IMG/VR virus record: IMGVR_UViG_3300023119_000004
From: a virus
Lineage: Duplodnaviria; Caudoviricetes
Length of the DNA: 64,000 nucleotides
Reading direction: 5' to 3' (one strand)
The notes below the pieces were generated by a model. It saw only the letters and a program-made list of their open reading frames with translations. It searched no databases and was not told the DNA's origin. The number at the start of each line of letters is the position of its first letter. Within the stretch, counting starts at the first letter, position 1. Of the stretch, positions 48,301 to 57,514 are shown piece by piece. A program made the translations under genes and the position numbers.

Positions 48301-51300
48301 ATTTGCTTTAATGTATTCTACTGCTTCGTCAACAATAAAGTCTAAGTTAAGTAAAAGTCTACCACGTGCATCTGTGTGGCCGTCATCTTGTCTGCGACCA
48401 ACTTGTCCGCTTACAACTACATCGCTACCATTACCATTGACTTCAAAATCAATCTTGTCAATAATATTTTGAATTAGATTTTGTGCTGTAGTTACCGCCG
48501 CGGCATCACCTGCTGGCTCGTATGTATTTTGTGTATTTGTATTACCTGGTGCAATAGACGCAACATCCATTGTAAAGTTAGGGGCACCGCCGCCACCTAG
48601 ATCTGAATCTTGAATTGTAATAATATCATTTACAAGATGTCCTGAACCACCAGTAACAACATCAACATTAGTTACAGATCCATTTCCGTCAACTGTAATG
48701 TTAAATGTACCAACTGTACCAGTACCACTTGTTGATCCGCTTACACCGTTGTACGTACCTGCAGATCTCAAAGCGTCTGCCGCTCCAAAACTGTCAACAG
48801 TTAAGTGTGCACCTGCTGGTGTTTTAGTAACACTATTGTTATTAATGATGTCTGAAATAATTGCTTTAATTCTTCCTAGTGCAGTAATTGTTAATTCTGC
48901 ATCAGTTACACTTGTGTATCCTGAACCCGCCGCAGTAATTTCTGTTGAACGTAGTTCGTCACCAACAATAGCAACATCTGCTGGAACCGGAATAGGTAGC
49001 ATTTCGTTGTATTGACCAGTTTTAACAAACAATGTAACATTTGGTTTGTTTGCTGTTGGTAGGTTAGTTAGGTTACCGTCAGTGATTGTAACTGTAACAA
49101 TACTTGCTAGTGATGTAATATTAGCATGAACATCTGCTTCTGCTTCTAGTGATACATCTTTAAACTGTGTAACCGGTGATGCTACACTATTAAGTGTTGC
49201 ATAGTTTGTAACTGGATCCAATGAAGCAAGAATGTTTTCCATAATTGCAACACCATGATCAATTGCCGCTTTGGTTTCGTCTTCTTGGTTAGCAACATAG
49301 TTTACTGCACCATTAATATACTTGCTTGCCGCTTCTCTTGATCTAATGTTTCCGCCGTGTTTTAAATCCCAAACAATAGCGTCAACTAAAAGACCCATGT
49401 CTCTACGACATTTTGCTTTGTTGTATGTAAATGAACTTGTAAACGGATCTACGTTATTTGTAATATTGTAGTCAACAAATTCAACAATTTGTTCTTGAAT
49501 AAATGCTCTGTTTCTTAAAAGTAGTGAAGCCGCATTTGGGTTACGTGGACCTTGTCTAATTTGATCACACGCCCATCTTACAGAGCCCCACGGCTTGTCA
49601 ACTGTAACACCGTTTGCTGGTGCTTCGTTATCTGTTCCACCTGGACCAACATAATAAATTTGATCTAATTGACCAAAGTATGCCCATTCCGGAGCATTAC
49701 CTGCCGCGTTTACTTTTAATACTTGACCTGCTTTACCAATTGGAAGTCTAGTAGGACCTGAACCACCGTAGTAAACTAAATCACCAATAGTAGTTAAGTT
49801 ACCTGACTCAACACCACCACTTAGTAAATTCCAATAGTCACCGTTTGTATCTTGATCTGGTCTGTTTTGTACAGCAACTTCGTCTGATGTATGTGCTTGT
49901 ACACAAATATAAGTATTATTGTTATTGATTCCTCTAACAGCATCGCCTAAATCATAATAAGTTGCATCTGTCCAAGATTCTTTCCATTCAATACCTTGAT
50001 TTAATCTATCCCAGTAACTTACATCAGGTGGTCTGTTGCCTGTAGAGTTTGCTATACATAGATAAGTGTAACCACCAACTCTAACAACATCACCAACTTT
50101 ATATGCTGTTGCATTGTTATAGTCACCTTGTAAACTAAATCCTGTTGTAAATAAATCCCATGTCCCTGGATTACCAAATGGAACAACGTTAGTGTTATTA
50201 TTGTTTGCAACATATGAATAACCACCGTATGTTACAAAGTCACCAATTTGATATTGTGTTGAAGAATTCCACGAATCTTCAAATTCTAATCCTGGTAAAA
50301 ATTCTTGCCATTGTGTTACGTTACCAATTGTAGCAACATCAAATGTAAGTGCTAAACCAGTTCCGCCAATTTCACTTGCTTGTACTGTAATTGTATCATC
50401 AACTGCATGACCTGAACCACCTTTAACAACAGTTACAGTTGCCGCACCTTGGTCGTCAATTGAAATATTAAATCTTTGTCCTGTACCACTACCTGCTGAA
50501 GTACCTGCAATATCTCTATATGTTCCAGCAGTTCTATCTGTATCTGCCGCACTAATCTCATCAATACTTTCGATAGCCTGTGTTAATGTGATATCGTCAT
50601 TTAAATTAGTAGCACCTGATGTATGTTCGTTTGTACAAATCCAAAGTCCGCCGCCATACTTAACAACGTCATTAACTTTATAACGTGTTGCTGTTGCATG
50701 AACTGAAAGGTATTCAATACCTTTGTGTACATAATCCCATTTAGATTGATCTGCTTCAAGACCTAATGCATCTGTTGTTGCTGAATTGTGTCCTTCATTA
50801 CAAATATAAAGTTGACCACCATACTTAACAACATCGCCTACTTTGTATCGTGTGTCTGCTGACCAGTCTGTTTTCCAGTCCATGCCTCTTGAGAAAATAT
50901 CCCACTTGGATTGGTCTGCTTCTAATCCATCGCTGTCAGTATTGTTTGTTAATGAAGAAGTATGTGCCGCATTACAAATATATAAATTGCCGCCGTACTT
51001 AACAATGTCGTTAACTTTGTAAACTGTTGAAATTGTCCAGTTGTTTTTCCATGCAAATCCTTCAGAAAATAAATCCCATTTTGCTTGATCTGTTTCTAGT
51101 ATACCTGCAATACCTGCACCTTGTGCATCGTCTGCTTCTGAAGTGTGTGCTGTGTTACAAACATATAAGTATCCGCCGTACTTAACTAGGTCATTTTGTT
51201 TGTAATAGTTTCCGGAAGTCCAAGCACCTTGCCACTGAATACCATCAGTAAACAAGTTCCATTTTGTTGATTCGTCTGTAGCAAAGTCTGCAGATGACGT

Positions 51301-51426
51301 ATGTCCATTAGCACAGAAGTAAACTCTACCGCCGTGTCTTACAATGTCGTCTTTAAAGTATACGATGTTAGATGCCCACGCACCTTTCCATACAAATCTA
51401 ATTCTACCTAGTTTAAACTCTGCCAT
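45322..51426 (-). CDS. Giant tail fibre/receptor-binding protein (2034 aa) with CBM5/12-like repeats and pectin-lyase-like region
   Basis: Tandem W....Y...D.V.YGG..Y.C...HTS repeats; YYVGPGG.D...PW; VKTGQYNE.LP...VGDELR; C-terminal HDFLDVGTG...DQDGNFRVG. Confidence 0.75.
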   Translation of the reverse strand: MAEFKLGRIRFVWKGAWASNIVYFKDDIVRHGGRVYFCANGHTSSADFATDESTKWNLFTDGIQWQGAWTSGNYYKQNDLVKYGGYLYVCNTAHTSEADDAQGAGIAGILETDQAKWDLFSEGFAWKNNWTISTVYKVNDIVKYGGNLYICNAAHTSSLTNNTDSDGLEADQSKWDIFSRGMDWKTDWSADTRYKVGDVVKYGGQLYICNEGHNSATTDALGLEADQSKWDYVHKGIEYLSVHATATRYKVNDVVKYGGGLWICTNEHTSGATNLNDDITLTQAIESIDEISAADTDRTAGTYRDIAGTSAGSGTGQRFNISIDDQGAATVTVVKGGSGHAVDDTITVQASEIGGTGLALTFDVATIGNVTQWQEFLPGLEFEDSWNSSTQYQIGDFVTYGGYSYVANNNNTNVVPFGNPGTWDLFTTGFSLQGDYNNATAYKVGDVVRVGGYTYLCIANSTGNRPPDVSYWDRLNQGIEWKESWTDATYYDLGDAVRGINNNNTYICVQAHTSDEVAVQNRPDQDTNGDYWNLLSGGVESGNLTTIGDLVYYGGSGPTRLPIGKAGQVLKVNAAGNAPEWAYFGQLDQIYYVGPGGTDNEAPANGVTVDKPWGSVRWACDQIRQGPRNPNAASLLLRNRAFIQEQIVEFVDYNITNNVDPFTSSFTYNKAKCRRDMGLLVDAIVWDLKHGGNIRSREAASKYINGAVNYVANQEDETKAAIDHGVAIMENILASLDPVTNYATLNSVASPVTQFKDVSLEAEADVHANITSLASIVTVTITDGNLTNLPTANKPNVTLFVKTGQYNEMLPIPVPADVAIVGDELRSTEITAAGSGYTSVTDAELTITALGRIKAIISDIINNNSVTKTPAGAHLTVDSFGAADALRSAGTYNGVSGSTSGTGTVGTFNITVDGNGSVTNVDVVTGGSGHLVNDIITIQDSDLGGGGAPNFTMDVASIAPGNTNTQNTYEPAGDAAAVTTAQNLIQNIIDKIDFEVNGNGSDVVVSGQVGRRQDDGHTDARGRLLLNLDFIVDEAVEYIKANNTGDYDLTDDAKCKRDMKQYILAVLWDMEEYGNYRSVLNGRWFSNAVNGSTTEDMFYLENGTGLRNCTLKGLSGTLGSANSYGTKRPTAGAYTSLNPSWGPDDETAWITTRSPYVQNVTTFGTSAVGLKVDGDLHNGGNDSIVANDFTQVISEGIGAWVTNLGRAELVSVFSYYAHMGYLAENGGKIRATNGNSSYGDFGTVAEGVDLTENAIEAFVDNRAFDAVVTNSITDNQEIIAIEYANAGRDYVVANTTIAFSGDGFGITGLTPTINTGGVYQVRLTGDENTFGGADYRSATNTPQEGNTTQITLSNTDTALSPAYVGMAVFLTGGTGAGQYGYIDTYNAGTKVATIKKYSDDTAGWDQIISGRAIEASLDNTTVYSVEPRVNVSAPAGDGSTTTQTALCRAKVTDGQISEVRIIHPGAGYVAAPTITFTDPNNTADAPLEVYIGDGVLGQPAFASRGEGFTTVQVSIADSGYEQDITGVSFTENPNAYTLLIDNKEFIKDEVIAWVDNEVTNQTNPSLWAAFNYDKTKWEDNVDDYVDALAHDIKFGGTKETRLHARTYWVGNNSQLPGRQSQALAAYEQMRDIVINYILTNTSYTSLQSPSVTTQTTNANNGEAAAVTKAGDLIDIVNECITNGLDTIPNNGGTSAVKITVATHGLLDRTKVSIATVTGTTQLNGNDYYVEVVDANTLALYKDSKLLFPAVLTNGSTYLAFGTITYGAGYREAKQDGQYIQVEGMDSIPQAGANVEFDSIPNKWFKLVSVTNLTGQSPYSALLQISPEMTKDEAPEHGDIVSMRIRYSQCRLTGHDFLDVGTGGFATTNYPGTPSVPADPDDEQVEGGGGRVFYTSTDQDGNFRVGELFTVEQATGIATLNADAFSISGLQELQLGSVALGGAGATINEFSTDGTFTANSDSIVPTQKAIKTYITSQIGGGASELNVNTVTAGVINIQGNTITTTTGVLINTTAQMHFTGGVSGSPVAMQQFILS

Positions 51427-51462
51427 TTTTTCTTCCTAAATGCTTTATTTTAGTATTTATCA

Positions 51463-54400
51463 TTACACTCCAGTTCCTGGATCCCAGCCATTTTCACCAA
51501 CGTCATAGTATGATCCGTCGCCTTCAATAGCGTCTGTTTCCATAAGTCCCATTGTACTTGCATTAACGTTAAAATAGGACATTGCCATCATCATTCCTGA
51601 TGGAATCTTAGTCATATGCATTGGAACTGGAATATTAATTGCTAAATCACCTGTGTTTGATATTTGATTTAAGTTACTTAACTTAACAGTACCAGCAGTA
51701 ACAGCGTTTGCCGCTACGTTTGCACCACCACCACTAATTCTTGATTGAATATATGTAGCGATTGCTTTCTGTGTTGGTACAATAGCATTACTGTTTGCAG
51801 TAAATGTACCATCTTTAGAAAATTCTCTAATAACAGCGTTTGTACCACCAAGTATAAATGCACCCAATCTTAATTCATCTAGACCTTGTAAGTCAAACTG
51901 TGATGCGTTAATTGTAACAATACCTGTTGACTGTTCAACTTTAAACAATTCACCAACCCTAAAGTTACCGTCTTGGTCTGTACTTGAGTAGAATACTCTA
52001 CCACCGTTATATTCTTGTGTTTCCCACATCTGTTCTGGTGGGTTAATTGAACTATAACCATCAGTATAAAGTAATGGATAGTTAGTATCGTCAAATCCGC
52101 CTGTACCAATGTCTAGGAAATCGTGGAATGTTAAACGTACCTGACTGTAGTTCTGTCTAATTGTAACTGCTTCACCGTGTTGTGGTGATTCTTGAACACC
52201 CATATTTGGTGCTAGTGAAATCTTAACAGTTGCATTAGGAACAGATCCTTCAAGTACTGTTGCTGTACCAACTTTATAAATTACGTCAGTAATACTTGAG
52301 AAACGCAAGTTATCGCCTGGGCTCGGAACTAGTGTTAGATCACTAACAACAATATCCCCACCTAGTTGGAACTTGTCTGCATAACCGTCACCTGTAATAG
52401 TTACAGCATTAAATTTAGTATATAACGATCCTCTGTTTTTAAACGTAGGCTGTCCTAATACTCTATTGTTTAGTCTAACTTGATACGTAACGTCTTGTGT
52501 TTTTTGTGTATCATGTATATGTACCGACGGAGGTGTTTGTGTTCTATAACCACTTCCTGGTTCAGTTATTGTAAATGATTCAATTCTACCAGTGTTAACC
52601 GGATATGCTCTCATTAATGCTTTTGCACCGTAGTCGATTGCTGTTACATTTTGTTGTGATGTTGTATTAAACATAAAGAAGCGTGGACCAAATGTTGTAG
52701 TTGTTCCACAAACTTTTGGTACGTATGCTGTTCCGCCTGAAGGAATTGTTAAAGGACCTTTTGATTTCCAAACATCGCCGCCGTCGCTGTATAAAAGATT
52801 ACCTGCTGTATCAATTGACATAAACAACCCGTCGGAGTAATCTAATCCCCATTCGTTAGTGTTAATATTAGCAGAACCATCTACTTCTCTCCAAGTAGCA
52901 TTTCCTGGACCTTCTGCAAAATCTGTGAAACTTATAAAGTAAGTTGAACTTAAACCAAATACTGCTGTAGTTGATGAACTGTTATCACTTAACATTGTTG
53001 TTGATGGATCAAATGGGAATGTTGCTGTACCATTTGGTTGGCAAGCCGCTACAAATCTTCCGTTACCAAAACGGAAACCTGTTACGTTATATGTATTAGG
53101 ACAAACTGCTGTTGTACCAGTCCATGATTGTCCATCATCTGTACTTTCCCATGCCGCACCCGAACCGCTAACAATAATCCATTTACCGTTACCATATGCA
53201 ATGTGTTTAAATCCTGAACCAGGGCCGCCAACGTTTACATATGACCAAGTTGTTCCGTTAGTGTTTGAAATTGCAATTTCGTCTGAATCATCTGCAATAG
53301 CAATAACTGTGTGAGATGCCGCACCAAACGGACCTTCTTTAATATCAACATAGTTGTGTTGGTTAATTGGATATGGATCAGAACCCCAAGCAGTTAACGC
53401 TGTTGAAAGGTTGGCTCTGTTACCGTTACCAACTGTAATGAAATATTTTAAAAATCCTTTACATTGAACACCACAATTTGGTCTTACAAATCCTGAATCA
53501 ACTGTTGCAGGAGTCCATTGATCGCCTGCCGCATTTGAATACAATGCTACGTCTGTTCCTGCTGAAGGAAATATAGCATTTGTTTCACCAGATGTTAATC
53601 CAAGTGTTTGATAACTTTGTGAATTGCCAGTGTTATAACTATATTCTTCGTAGTAAGGTTCGTCAAGTTCAATACGTGATTCAATTCTGTATGTTGTTGA
53701 ACCGTCTAATTGTGTTGAAATATCCCAACCCGGAACAATATGATCCCAACCACGTTTACCATCACTTTCTCTTAGAACATTAATTTTCTTTGTTGTAACA
53801 AAGTATTCATCAATAATTCCATATTGACCAACACCTTCACCTTCTTCAATAATAATTCTCATACCTGGTGAAATTTCAGAAACTGTAAACGAAACATCAG
53901 CGCCACCGTGGTCGCCTAAATCAGCATCTGAAATTGTAATTTGATCACCAACCCTATGACTGTGTCCGCCATTAATTGGTACTATTGCTGTAATGTTTCC
54001 AGTTTCGTCAACTGTAATATTAAACGTACCTACACTAGCAAAAATATTATTAGATGTACCTGATACATTAGTATACGTTTGTGGGAACAATTCTGGATCA
54101 TCTACTCTATTTGGATCTGCTCCCGAAATGTTGCTAACTGCTAGTACTGCTCTACCAACATAGTAATCAGGACCATTGTTATCTGATTGTGCAATAGTAA
54201 TTGAAATATTGTCTCCGCCTTGTGCCGAGTTTCTGATACCTGTAATATGTCCTCTACCACCTGTTGGTGATGAATCACCTGGATCAAGTAATCTAATTTC
54301 ACTTATCGATCCGTTTCTTAATTCAGCAAAGTTATTATCTACACTAACTCCGCTACCTGAACCTGTAATATTAAATGTAACATCTGTATAATGGCCGCCG

Positions 54401-56784
54401 GCGTGTGTATAACCAATTGCAAAAATTTTATTTGCGTTACTGTATACTGTTGGTGCTTCGGCATCATAGTATCTGTTGTTTACTGTAGCAGTAATAGGAC
54501 TTTCACTTGCTAGTTCACCTTCAGCAAAAGAACCAAACTTACCATAAGAGTTATTACCAACTGTAGCACGAATTTTACCACCTGCTGTACAATAGTAACC
54601 AATATGGCAGTAATAAGTGAACACGGAAACAAGTTCCATTCTGCCGTCTTTGTTTGCCCAGGCTCCAATGCCTTCTGAAATTACTTGTGTAAAGTCGTTT
54701 GCAACAATAGATTTATTACCACCGTCATGTAATTCTCCATCAACTTTAAGACCTACACATCCATGACCGATTGTTGTTACGTTTTGTACGTATGTTGATT
54801 TATTTGTAACCCAAACACTTGTATCGTCTGGGCCTGTTCCCGGATCAAGTGCTACGAATGCACCTGCTGTTGGAACTTGAGCACCATACACATTAGGCTC
54901 ACCTAATGATCCACGTAATCCTTGTAGGGTCATATTTCTAATACCACAACCGTTACGCACTTGAAACATATCTCTTTCTTCGTTGTTTAATGCTGGTTTA
55001 ATTGTAGTACTTCTTAGTTCATCGCCAACAATAGCAACATTTGCCGGAACTTTAATTGGAAGAATTTCTTCATAAATTCCTGTTGCAACAAAAATTGTTG
55101 CTGGCGCTCTTGCGGCTTCGTCTGCTAAGATATATTGTGTTGCATACTTAACTGATCTAAATGGTGATGTTGAACTTAATCCAAATCCACTAGCATCTCT
55201 ACCTGATGTAGCAACATAATAAACCTTTGGTGTTTGTCCAAATGGTTCCCAAGTTGCTTGATCGTTAACTTGTTTTAATGCATCTCCTGGATCACCAATA
55301 GTAATTCTAGCATGGTCGGTTCCATCGTGACCTCTTAGGTCACCTCTGTGTTGCATTACGTTACCAGGCGAACCTTGAAGCATTTTCTCCCAATAACTTC
55401 CGTTATCTAATGCTGGTTCAACTAGTGTTGAATCGTCACCTTCGTGTGCTTGTACACATTTCCAAGTTGTTCCCGCTTGAACAACAATGTCACCTAATAC
55501 ATAATCTTGATCTGAATACCATTCGCCTCTGTAGTAAGGACCAGTTAATACTAACTGCCAGTACATTGAAACAGACCCTTCTGCAGATCTTGTTGAACCC
55601 GGATCGTAATATCCTCTCCATTCAGGATCTAGTGCATCTGGTTGAACACCTTGGCTATCTTGTACAGCAATATAAACAAAACCTTTATTTCTTACAACAC
55701 TACCAGTTTTATATTCAATGCCGGCTTCCCATTCGCCTGTCATTTTATAACCGGTAATTAATAATTCCCAATCGTATTGACCTTGTAAACTTTCGCCTTC
55801 GTAGAATACACCTGTTACACTTGGCGCACTACCAACGTTATTAGTCATTGATGTATATGTATATCCACCGTAGTTAACTACGTCACCTGGTTGATAATAT
55901 GTTGTAGCCGACCATTCGTTTTCAAAACCCATGCCAGGCATCCAAATATCAAAGAAATCTTCTTGGAAGTTACCTGTTGATGTATGATGTTCTGTACAAC
56001 GCCAAATAGTAGGACCCCACTTGACAAGGTCGCCTACTCTGTAATGTACACCTACTGAGTCGCCAGCATCTTGCCAACCGCCTAAATAACGTACACCAGA
56101 AATTACAATTTCCCAATGTGCTAAGTCTTGTTCAAGCCCGTTTAGTGGGTTTGAATCTGAAGTGTGTCCTGCGATACATCTGTAAATGATAGCACCATAA
56201 CGTACTACATCATTATATCTGTATCTAGTTGAAGGGCGCCATTCAATTCTAAAATTGTCGCCTCTGAAAATAATTTGCCATTTATCTGCGTCTACTTCAA
56301 GACCAGAAACTACTGATGATGATGTGTGTTCCTGAATACAGTTGTAAGCATAACCACCATATAAGATAACATCATTTTTTCTATATCTTGTTAACGGAGT
56401 CCAGTCTCTTCTCCAATTAGTAGTAGCGGCGAATCCAATAAGTTTATCTTCATCTTCGGTAATACCAATTGCGGCGTCTTCGTTTGATCTATGTTCTTGT
56501 GTTACTCTATATACAATACCATCATATTTAAATAGATCGTTTTCTTTATAAAGTGTGTCAACAACCCAGTTACCTTTCCATTGGTAACCATCTGCCATTT
56601 TTAACCATTTAGGTGGATCAGCACTTAGATCAAGATCAAAACTTGTTTGACTTGATGTGTGACCAACCATACAAACATAAGTGTTACCACCATGTCTAAT
56701 AATATCATCTTTAATATATGTCGCACCTTGCAACCATATATTTTTCCATGTATATCTAATTCTTGCTAGGTTAAATTCAGCCAT
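51463..56784 (-). CDS. Giant tail fibre paralog (1773 aa) with CBM5/12-like repeats, pectin-lyase-like region and BNR/Asp-box propeller
   Basis: Same architecture as 45322-51426 plus S.D.G.SW repeats (STDDGQSW, SNTNGTTW, SDGGDVW). Confidence 0.75.
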   Translation of the reverse strand: MAEFNLARIRYTWKNIWLQGATYIKDDIIRHGGNTYVCMVGHTSSQTSFDLDLSADPPKWLKMADGYQWKGNWVVDTLYKENDLFKYDGIVYRVTQEHRSNEDAAIGITEDEDKLIGFAATTNWRRDWTPLTRYRKNDVILYGGYAYNCIQEHTSSSVVSGLEVDADKWQIIFRGDNFRIEWRPSTRYRYNDVVRYGAIIYRCIAGHTSDSNPLNGLEQDLAHWEIVISGVRYLGGWQDAGDSVGVHYRVGDLVKWGPTIWRCTEHHTSTGNFQEDFFDIWMPGMGFENEWSATTYYQPGDVVNYGGYTYTSMTNNVGSAPSVTGVFYEGESLQGQYDWELLITGYKMTGEWEAGIEYKTGSVVRNKGFVYIAVQDSQGVQPDALDPEWRGYYDPGSTRSAEGSVSMYWQLVLTGPYYRGEWYSDQDYVLGDIVVQAGTTWKCVQAHEGDDSTLVEPALDNGSYWEKMLQGSPGNVMQHRGDLRGHDGTDHARITIGDPGDALKQVNDQATWEPFGQTPKVYYVATSGRDASGFGLSSTSPFRSVKYATQYILADEAARAPATIFVATGIYEEILPIKVPANVAIVGDELRSTTIKPALNNEERDMFQVRNGCGIRNMTLQGLRGSLGEPNVYGAQVPTAGAFVALDPGTGPDDTSVWVTNKSTYVQNVTTIGHGCVGLKVDGELHDGGNKSIVANDFTQVISEGIGAWANKDGRMELVSVFTYYCHIGYYCTAGGKIRATVGNNSYGKFGSFAEGELASESPITATVNNRYYDAEAPTVYSNANKIFAIGYTHAGGHYTDVTFNITGSGSGVSVDNNFAELRNGSISEIRLLDPGDSSPTGGRGHITGIRNSAQGGDNISITIAQSDNNGPDYYVGRAVLAVSNISGADPNRVDDPELFPQTYTNVSGTSNNIFASVGTFNITVDETGNITAIVPINGGHSHRVGDQITISDADLGDHGGADVSFTVSEISPGMRIIIEEGEGVGQYGIIDEYFVTTKKINVLRESDGKRGWDHIVPGWDISTQLDGSTTYRIESRIELDEPYYEEYSYNTGNSQSYQTLGLTSGETNAIFPSAGTDVALYSNAAGDQWTPATVDSGFVRPNCGVQCKGFLKYFITVGNGNRANLSTALTAWGSDPYPINQHNYVDIKEGPFGAASHTVIAIADDSDEIAISNTNGTTWSYVNVGGPGSGFKHIAYGNGKWIIVSGSGAAWESTDDGQSWTGTTAVCPNTYNVTGFRFGNGRFVAACQPNGTATFPFDPSTTMLSDNSSSTTAVFGLSSTYFISFTDFAEGPGNATWREVDGSANINTNEWGLDYSDGLFMSIDTAGNLLYSDGGDVWKSKGPLTIPSGGTAYVPKVCGTTTTFGPRFFMFNTTSQQNVTAIDYGAKALMRAYPVNTGRIESFTITEPGSGYRTQTPPSVHIHDTQKTQDVTYQVRLNNRVLGQPTFKNRGSLYTKFNAVTITGDGYADKFQLGGDIVVSDLTLVPSPGDNLRFSSITDVIYKVGTATVLEGSVPNATVKISLAPNMGVQESPQHGEAVTIRQNYSQVRLTFHDFLDIGTGGFDDTNYPLLYTDGYSSINPPEQMWETQEYNGGRVFYSSTDQDGNFRVGELFKVEQSTGIVTINASQFDLQGLDELRLGAFILGGTNAVIREFSKDGTFTANSNAIVPTQKAIATYIQSRISGGGANVAANAVTAGTVKLSNLNQISNTGDLAINIPVPMHMTKIPSGMMMAMSYFNVNASTMGLMETDAIEGDGSYYDVGENGWDPGTGV

Positions 56785-57182
56785 TATCCACTATATCCTG
56801 TTGCATTTGAACCAAATGGTAAGTGATCTGCTGAAATTGTATCATCATAATCATATTTAGTGTTAATACGTAACACCAATTCTCCAGAATCATTTACATA
56901 ATAATAAATGTTCTTTTCATCCCAACGCATTTGTTCATAGTTTAAGTTATCAAAAACTAGTTCGTGATTAGGGTTTCTTCCCTCAAAGAAGTCTTCACCA
57001 GTTTGCCATTCTGCAAAGTTACCATCTGGACCACCTGGTCTATTAACTTGCAACTCGTCTGTAGGAGAAGCAATATCAACCTTTGCAATAAAAAGTTGTC
57101 CGTCATCGTCCCTACGCAATGCATAAAAATATCTATCGCTAGTTTGTCCTTCTAACGGTGCTGATCCTACATATTGTACCAT
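56784..57182 (-). CDS. Hypothetical virion-associated protein
   Basis: 132-aa ORF with 1-nt overlaps on both sides. Confidence 0.6.
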   Translation of the reverse strand: MVQYVGSAPLEGQTSDRYFYALRRDDDGQLFIAKVDIASPTDELQVNRPGGPDGNFAEWQTGEDFFEGRNPNHELVFDNLNYEQMRWDEKNIYYYVNDSGELVLRINTKYDYDDTISADHLPFGSNATGYSG

Positions 57183-57511
57183 TATACAATCTCCACGTAA
57201 CTAAGAATTACGTCAACAGCATCATCTTGATCTGCTGTAACTACTACTTCATTATTTCCTGGTAAGACTAATTTCTCACCACCATTAATTGCCCTTAAGG
57301 CCGCATTAGGTGCAATCATAACATCTTTGATATAATATCCTAATACACTTGTATCGTCTTTAATTTGAATACTAACTCTAGTATTACCGTCTAGTAGATT
57401 AGCAACTGACATACCAATTGCTGTAACTTTCGATGCCGGTGGCACAGTTAGTATTGAAATTGGTTGTGTTCCTACGCTTTTTTCTACTTTGTTTCTAAAA
57501 AATGTTGCCAT
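57182..57511 (-). CDS. Small beta-rich virion protein (paralog family)
   Basis: ILTVPP...SVAN...GEKLVL pattern. Confidence 0.6.
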   Translation of the reverse strand: MATFFRNKVEKSVGTQPISILTVPPASKVTAIGMSVANLLDGNTRVSIQIKDDTSVLGYYIKDVMIAPNAALRAINGGEKLVLPGNNEVVVTADQDDAVDVILSYVEIV

Positions 57512-57514
57512 ATC

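Noticed and set aside
25344-56784. CRISPR array, diversity-generating retroelement or invertible fibre cassette
   Set aside because: No spaced direct repeats, reverse transcriptase, template/variable repeat pair or invertase seen; repeats are diverged protein-level modules
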